From Bugula neritina (taxonomy: Eukaryota; Animalia; Bryozoa): 64,000 nucleotides of DNA. Shown here in pieces: positions 56,396-64,000 of this stretch. Made by a program: the position numbers and the translations under genes. Each line of letters begins with the position of its first letter. Within the stretch, counting starts at the first letter, position 1. The DNA lies in NCBI GenBank assembly GCA_964035545.1, contig OZ037771.1, forward strand, positions 12,399,133 to 12,463,132, read 5' to 3'. Under the pieces are notes generated by a model, which searched no databases, had not been told where the DNA came from, and saw only the letters and a list, made by a program, of their open reading frames with translations.

Positions 56396-58084
56396 ATGGA
56401 GCCTAATAACAAACTAGAACAACTTCCATCTTTTTTAAATGAACAGAGGTATCCTGAAATAGTTAGGCCACTGTTGGAAGGAAACTTGACAAAGTTTGAA
56501 GAAAAATTAAGTAGAATACCCTCAATAGACATTTTTTCTGTTTTGACAAAACCAAGTAATAAACAAGGTAACACGCCACTTCACATAATAACAAGACTTG
56601 GTAATTCTCTTGCACTTGCAATGGCTGTAGCTCTTTTGACAAATAGAGAACAACGCCTTGAAGCGTTGAAGAAACGTAACTCTGAAGGTTTGTCTTCCAT
56701 CCATATAGCTGCAGAAAGAGGAGATGTACACACTTTAAGAGCTGTGGTAGACGATGTGCCTGACAGGGGCATGATGTTTGAGCTCTTGAAACAGAAAACA
56801 GAAAATTCTAACAAATCCACAGCTCTTCATTTGGCATCAGCTAACGGTTGTCATGCCCTCATTGAGTACATCCTCACATCTCAAGACCTCACTTTCCAAC
56901 AGCTGGATGAGCTATTACGTCTTCCTGATAATGGAAACAAGAATCCTAAAAGCCTTGCTACAAATGAGGATGTTAAAAAACTGTTTAAAGATTGCAACAA
57001 ATTCATCAGAGGTAATTGCATGGCAATAAATTTGAACATAATTTACTCCTAAATTTTTTTGAAAACTAAAATATCTGTAAATATATACCTTAATTTCTAT
57101 AAGAAAAACTGCAAAACATGTTTTCAACAATGATGGCTACAAAGCAACTAAAGTTTTAAAGAAATTTGGCTTACTTGTTTTGTAGAGGCTTCACCAAATG
57201 TAACTCCTTATGAATACCAAAAAACGCAAGAAGAAAAAGCAATTAAAAAAAGAGTTCGTGTAGAGCTACAGGACGAGCATGAAGCTGAGAAAAGACAATT
57301 GGTTGAAGAGATTGAGAAGCTTGAAGAGCAACATGCAGTTCTGAGAATGGAAATGGCAGAACTCTGGTCAACGATCAATAATATGGGAAACAGAAGCACT
57401 AGTCAACCAGCAGATGGTCAATTGCTTAGATTTTTTTCTTTACTTCAGTAGGCTATATTTTGTTGCTGGCTGCAGTCTACATAAATGTAGAAGTTGCCTA
57501 ATATATATTATATATAGAGCAATTGTTCTGCTACAGTTGTCTATACTTCTATCTCTTGTATATGCTCTGTTGCACAAACCTGTTTCACCCATTTGCGTAC
57601 TGACAAATATTTTTGTTGGGTATTGCTATGAGTAGTACAACTAAGGTTTCGTTGTATTTGAGTTTATGATGAGTCTCAAACTGCTGTCAGCTATATGTAC
57701 AAAATTTTTACAATCTCTAGTCATTTAGTATTTGCTAAGAGTTGTACAATTTGAACTTGATATAGAGTATATTCTATATAAAGTTAAAATTATACATATA
57801 GAGCTATACAGTTTTTTGCCTTCCTCTCGATCAATGATTGTTTAACTTTGTTATTAAAAACGAACTGTTTTATAATTTTATTCTAACTTTATAATCCTTT
57901 TATTAAATTAAACACTTGAATTACTAGCTCAGATAAGAGATTTTTTTCACAACTATGTTTTTAGATAACATTTACAAATTCCATTCATGTTTTAGACCGG
58001 ACACCAGAGCAAGAGAGTGTTCCTCAGGCAAATATTGTGAAAAACAACTTATATCTAATGAGCGGCCACAACAATATCTTTTAA
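56396..58084 (+). CDS. Ankyrin-repeat + coiled-coil protein; exons 56396-57011, 57186-57416, 57996-58084
   Basis: GNTPLH, GLSSIHIAA, STALHLAS repeats; in-phase E/K-rich coiled-coil exon; final exon ...NNLYLMSGHNNIF*. Confidence 0.8.
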
Positions 58085-60692
58085 TGCTCAGCCTCATTGC
58101 CTTCAGAAGAGCACTAAAGAAATCACTCACTTGATGGAGAAACTTCACTAATTAACATAAAAGAATTAAAACATTTGAGCAGTAACAGGCTATACAATAT
58201 TCACTTTAAAAAATCACGAATGTGAGTGAAAAATTAACTTACAAACAAATCAATTTTTTAACATTGCTGTAGAAGTGACTGGTTTTTAATACTTTTGTTC
58301 CAAAAGCCTTTGTGTGAACTTTTTGTTTATGACTAATTATTAGTATTGAAGTTGCCTTATCTTTGCCTTAAACATACTTTCTTATCTTATATTTTGAAAC
58401 CAGATATATGCTACAAAATGTTGTATAAACAATAACAAAATTATGTGAAGTTATTTTCTTTCTGACAATTTATGAAATAATGAAACTTTAATAGCAATAA
58501 CATCATATAATATTACGTTATTTTCAGCAATAAATATATGTATGATGTAATTATTATAGAAGCCATCAGTTATCACCAGCATGTAATATTACCTATAGCA
58601 AACCCATGCAGCGGGTAAATCACATTGTTAATAACAAAAAGTAACTTGGGCTTATCCTAATAACATACAAGTTAATCAGCCCTGCTTTAATAACTCTATT
58701 TGGTCTCATATTGCGCAATGCCTGCTATTATTTTTATTACCTACTAGGAATAGCTGCATGCTGCAAGAGAATCTCTTGGAATCTCTTGGAATGTTTCCCT
58801 GTTAAAACACATCTGGCTATACTTTATTTTCAATTTATATTAATACAATGATACAAGGTATAAGCTATAAGGAATGGTTTATATGTTTTTACATTATAGA
58901 TATGGCATATAATGTAGCATGCACTATGCCATACGAACATCCTTTTTTGACATGCAGCTTTATGCCTTTCAAGCTTGAAGTCACAATTTATGACTTGCAT
59001 GGAAGTAATAAACCTGAACTGCAGTAGGCGGTGCTTGTATTACTCAGCAACTATTCTATAGCCAATCAAATACAACATGAGTTCATGAATAGGATGATTC
59101 GCCTACCTTGCCAGTTGCTAAGTTATTGAAAATTGTCAGGAGTTGTCCTAAAAATGAGGGGGATAAACTATCACTGTTATTTGTGGTTATGTTATTAATA
59201 TATTATGTGCTATTTATAGTTAGCATCATGTGTCTATTTACTTTAGCATAAATTATTATCCAACTTTAAAGTCATCTTAACATAATTATGCTTGAATATT
59301 GCAATCTATACAGGGTGTAGTGTAAGAAAACTCCAAAATCAAATACTTTACATAGACATAGTATTATCAGAACTGAGAAATAATCAAGCAAATCACACAT
59401 GTTCTATAAATAATCCACTGAACAAAGTTTTACTTGTTTTTCTCATATATTTTTTATACTCATGCAATGAGTTTTTAAAAATATTATGTAATAATAAAGC
59501 TTTTTTATACATATTATATGTGGATTTTCTTAATTGCCGAAAAATAAATAATTACTAGTCATGTGTTGTGGTATGGTATTGTTAGTATACTATATCTATA
59601 TTTAGAACATAATAACAGCTGGTGGATATGAAGAACAGTTAATATAGCTCTGGATTAACTTCAAATTTACAGAAGACAGAAATAGTAGTTGATGAATATA
59701 TTTTACTACATAAAATAAATAATATAACAATACTGCATAATATAATATATAATATACTAAAAAGTATATATAACATATTACTATGTAATATATAATTATA
59801 ATATATATCATAATATACTGTTATAATATGCATCATCTTTATATATTACTTAATAATATGTTATATATAACATATTATTATGCATTATATAATTATAATA
59901 TATAAGATATATACCAGTATGTAATAATATAGAAAATATATAATATATAATTATAATATATATAATTGCTGATGATGAAATACTTGAAAATAATGTAGAT
60001 AATATTTATATAATTTATTATATTCTTTGCAAGGTGGTTATTGCCAGAAGAAACGTTGAAGGTGATACTGTCCATCTGGTACTCTCTCTAACCTGCACTG
60101 ATGAGACTCAGTCACATGATTTCCTGACATGCAGGCACCTGCACTTGACTTGCCAACTCTTGGCATACAGAAATTGCCTGTAGACTATATTATAGTTCAT
60201 CTACATGGGAGATAACTCTTCTCCTTTTATCATGATCATTGTCAAATATGTATTACAGTAAATAGAAATAATAATGAGCCAAATTTTATTATAGGTAATT
60301 TTTTTTATAATCACCTATAAGTTATAACTATAATAAACAAAATTAGCTTCTATAATTAATAGCTTCTATTACAATTGTAACTAAATGCTTTACTTTGAAT
60401 CTAACCAAAGTATTTTTAGCCACAGTAGCATGTGGTTGCATTCATAGCATATATTAATAATAGTTATACTTTGTAATTTTTTTATAATTTCAGCCACCTA
60501 TTCTACAACAATAATATTGTAATTTAAAACCTTGCAGGCGACTTTCCTGAATATCTGGGCGGGGGAGGACCTTTGGACAATTAACCAATTATAATGAGCC
60601 TGCTCCGCTCTATTTACGCAAGTAATTGGGTTATACATCCTGGCCTTTTATGGATAAAATCAATAATAAACATAAGCACGTGGGCTGTTAAC

Positions 60693-60719
60693 AAGATGGC
60701 GCATGCTGCGACAGGTTAA
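60693..60719 (+). promoter_or_regulatory. YY1-like motif (caagatggcg) followed by splice donor; probable 5' end of a gene running out of the window
   Basis: caagatggcg...cag|gttaat with upstream CCAAT boxes; possible next exon ~61666-61752. Confidence 0.35.
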
Positions 60720-60898
60720 TGTTAGATTTGTTGCTATAATTTTAATCACTAGTGTTTTTATTTTTTAAATATTATCAAGACTTGCTTTTGCTGCTGTTCT
60801 ATATAGTGACTTTTATGTTTGCAAGAACTACTAACTCTAAGACTCTTAGTCTTAGTAGTTACTCTAAATTAGTACTTCGAGTTAGTAGCCCTTGCAAA

Positions 60899-61022
60899 CA
60901 CTCACTCTCAGACTCAGCCAAACTCAAAGTCAATGTGAATGTCATTTACACTTAATCTTAGCCAGCGTAAGTGTAAATGACATTCACATTGAGTTTGACT
61001 TAGTCTGAGTCTGACTGTGAGT
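60899..61022. repeat. Inverted repeat with perfect 24-bp inner arms
   Basis: caatgtgaatgtcatttacactta / taagtgtaaatgacattcacattg. Confidence 0.85.
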
Positions 61023-61805
61023 ACTACTAGTACTACTACTAGTACTATAACTACTAGAGCCCGAACTAATAGTCACTTATTTACAATTACTAATACATTT
61101 ATCACTAAATTAAAATTTATGTGATTGTTTTATTGTTTATCTTTATGTTATATGTTATACTTTTTAGTAGTATTTTTTTATGTGATACCTAGTATATTAT
61201 ACGTACCATGTTTTATTGTAGGCTCTTATATTATACTTAGTAAGTCTTATTGTAGCTTTACATGACATTACTAACATTAGGTTTTAATTTATTTATACAA
61301 ATGATCTAGAGAGATGAATAGTTTTAGGAGCAAACTAATTTTTGTCAATTTATTGATTTGGTTGCGTTTTGACTAAGTCTGCAGAAAGGGTGTGCCTATA
61401 TTTTACTACAGTTTTGTGACATAACATAATTACTATTACAGCACACATAGTAGTTAAACTGCAGCTGAATTTTTAGTAACTTGTAAAATATATATTGATT
61501 GGTTGGCTCTGTACATCAACAGCACCAAAGCTATCGCATTGATAATTCATTGACTTCCATGATTACATAGTAGCAAGTATCTTAGTCGGTGATACTCAGT
61601 TTGAGGGTTCAGCTATTTTATGTTGGCACTGAAGCAATAATATTTTAATCATTTTTAATTTGTAGTAAACTTTCTGCTAACCTTTTGCAATTCTGTGGGT
61701 TTACACTGAGACTATGGTGAGCAACTCTGATACTAACACTGGAGGTGAAGGAGTGAGTCACTCTGACTCTACGGGTAGCACTGCCTGTTAGTATATCACA
61801 AAATT

Positions 61806-61962
61806 CTACTACTAGTACTGCTGCTACCACTACTACTACTACTACTACTAGTACTGCTGCTGCTACTACTACTACCACTACCACCACTACCACCTCCACT
61901 ACCACCACCAGCTCCACCACCTCCACCACCACCACCTCTACTACTGCTGTTGCTGCTGCTGT

Positions 61963-62023
<61 letters not shown>

Positions 62024-62099
62024 GTTACTACTACTGTTACTACTACTGTTACTACTACTACTGCTACTACTACTGTTACTACTACTACTACTACTACTG

Positions 62100-62140
<41 letters not shown>

Positions 62141-62166
62141 GTTACTACTACTACTGCTGCTGCTGT

Positions 62167-62203
<37 letters not shown>

Positions 62204-62324
62204 GCTACTACTGCTACTACTGCTACTACTACTACTGTTACTACTACTGTTACTACTACTGTTACTACTACTACTGCTACTACTACTGCTACTACTACTA
62301 CTACTACTACTGCTACTACTACTG

Positions 62325-62365
<41 letters not shown>

Positions 62366-62394
62366 GTTACTACTACTACTGCTGCTGCTGCTGT

Positions 62395-62437
<43 letters not shown>

Positions 62438-62483
62438 GCTACTACTACTACTACTGCTACTACTGCTACTACTGCTACTACTG

Positions 62484-62521
<38 letters not shown>

Positions 62522-62597
62522 GTTACTACTACTGTTACTACTACTGTTACTACTACTACTGCTACTACTACTGTTACTACTACTACTACTACTACTG

Positions 62598-62650
<53 letters not shown>

Positions 62651-62676
62651 GTTACTACTACTACTGCTGCTGCTGT

Positions 62677-62725
<49 letters not shown>

Positions 62726-62774
62726 GCTACTACTACTGCTACTGCTACTACTGCTACTACTACTGCTACTACTG

Positions 62775-62815
<41 letters not shown>

Positions 62816-62912
62816 GCTACTACTGCTACTACTGCTACTACTACTGCTACTACTACTACTACTACTGTTACTACTACTACTGCTGCTGCTGTTACTACTA
62901 CTACTACTACTG

Positions 62913-62947
<35 letters not shown>

Positions 62948-62996
62948 GTTACTACTACTACTGCTGCTGCTGTTACTACTACTACTGCTACTACTG

Positions 62997-63034
<38 letters not shown>

Positions 63035-63062
63035 GCTACTACTGCTACTACTGCTACTACTG

Positions 63063-63094
<32 letters not shown>

Positions 63095-63170
63095 GTTACT
63101 ACTACTGTTACTACTACTACTGCTACTACTACTGCTACTACTACTACTACTACTACTGCTACTACTACTG

Positions 63171-63217
<47 letters not shown>

Positions 63218-63246
63218 GTTACTACTACTACTGCTGCTGCTGCTGT

Positions 63247-63280
<34 letters not shown>

Positions 63281-63335
63281 GCTACTACTACTACTACTGC
63301 TACTACTGCTACTACTGCTACTACTGCTACTACTG

Positions 63336-63367
<32 letters not shown>

Positions 63368-63404
63368 GCTACTACTGCTACTACTGCTACTACTGCTACT
63401 ACTG

Positions 63405-63470
<66 letters not shown>
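61806..63470. repeat. ~1.66-kb (ACT)n array with patterned GCT/GTT interruptions
   Basis: direct inspection; recurring interruption blocks. Confidence 0.97.
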
Positions 63471-64000
63471 TTAGTTCTACTACCACTTTATCTGCTACCT
63501 ACTATGTTTTCTACCGCTCAGGTTAGTCTTACTGGAAGATACTTGTGTTATAGATTTATGAGTTCAAACTTAATGAAGGGGCCTACTTATCATCATGCTG
63601 CATTAAAACCTGACTTGAAAGCATCTCTTGAAATTGTTTTAGGAAAACTGTGTTATATATTTATATTCACTTTCTGTATCCTTAGGGCTGGAAGTGTATG
63701 AATTCCCAGCAGATTGTCTAGCTACGGAGTTGTCATATCATTTCTCATGTCCTCCATTTTTTGCAAAATGTCAAACTCCACTCAACAAAATGTGGAATCC
63801 AACGTCTTCCACATTTGTCTTAGAATTTTCTTCTTCAGGTTCGTAGATTTTATTCATTAAGCTATATGGTTATCAGAATCTTTTCCGCACCATATATATG
63901 CTTTGTATCCTCATAATGCAGTGAATTGTGATCAAATATTTCAATGTCATTGCTAAAGTACAAATATTATCTCAATGAATTTTGATGCCCTCTCCTGAAC

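Noticed and set aside
59580-60240. Possible minus-strand exons
   Set aside because: No in-phase model or recognisable protein could be built
61645-63701. Poly-Val (613 aa) and poly-Leu (583 aa) ORFs
   Set aside because: Reading frames of the (ACT)n repeat

Overview
AT-rich, intron-containing invertebrate genomic DNA; the species cannot be determined from sequence. Spliced gene models reconstructed by hand: ELMOD-family gene (+, 102-4595); two tail-to-tail paralogous non-Shaker Kv channel genes with atypical S4/S6 (+ 5512-10083, - 12013-14970); Aven-like gene (-, 16028-22058) head-to-head with a globin that has an N-terminal myristoylation-type extension (+, 22448-24797); two paralogous divergent trypsin-fold proteases of no family I recognise (+, 27566-29219 and 41485-44900); an ankyrin + coiled-coil gene with a possible RHIM-like tail (+, 56396-58084). 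Mobile DNA: a young full-length Mag-like Ty3/Gypsy element with 5-bp TSD, two remnants of a second Gypsy family, MITEs, and a 47-56 kb cluster of (TA)n-associated Penelope-like elements carrying four complete type I hammerhead ribozyme motifs plus fragments. Best leads: the catalytic/pseudo-catalytic protease pair, the mosaic Kv pair with a shared 30-nt upstream splice acceptor, and the hammerhead/(TA)n units. All splice models are manual inferences; no database search was run.
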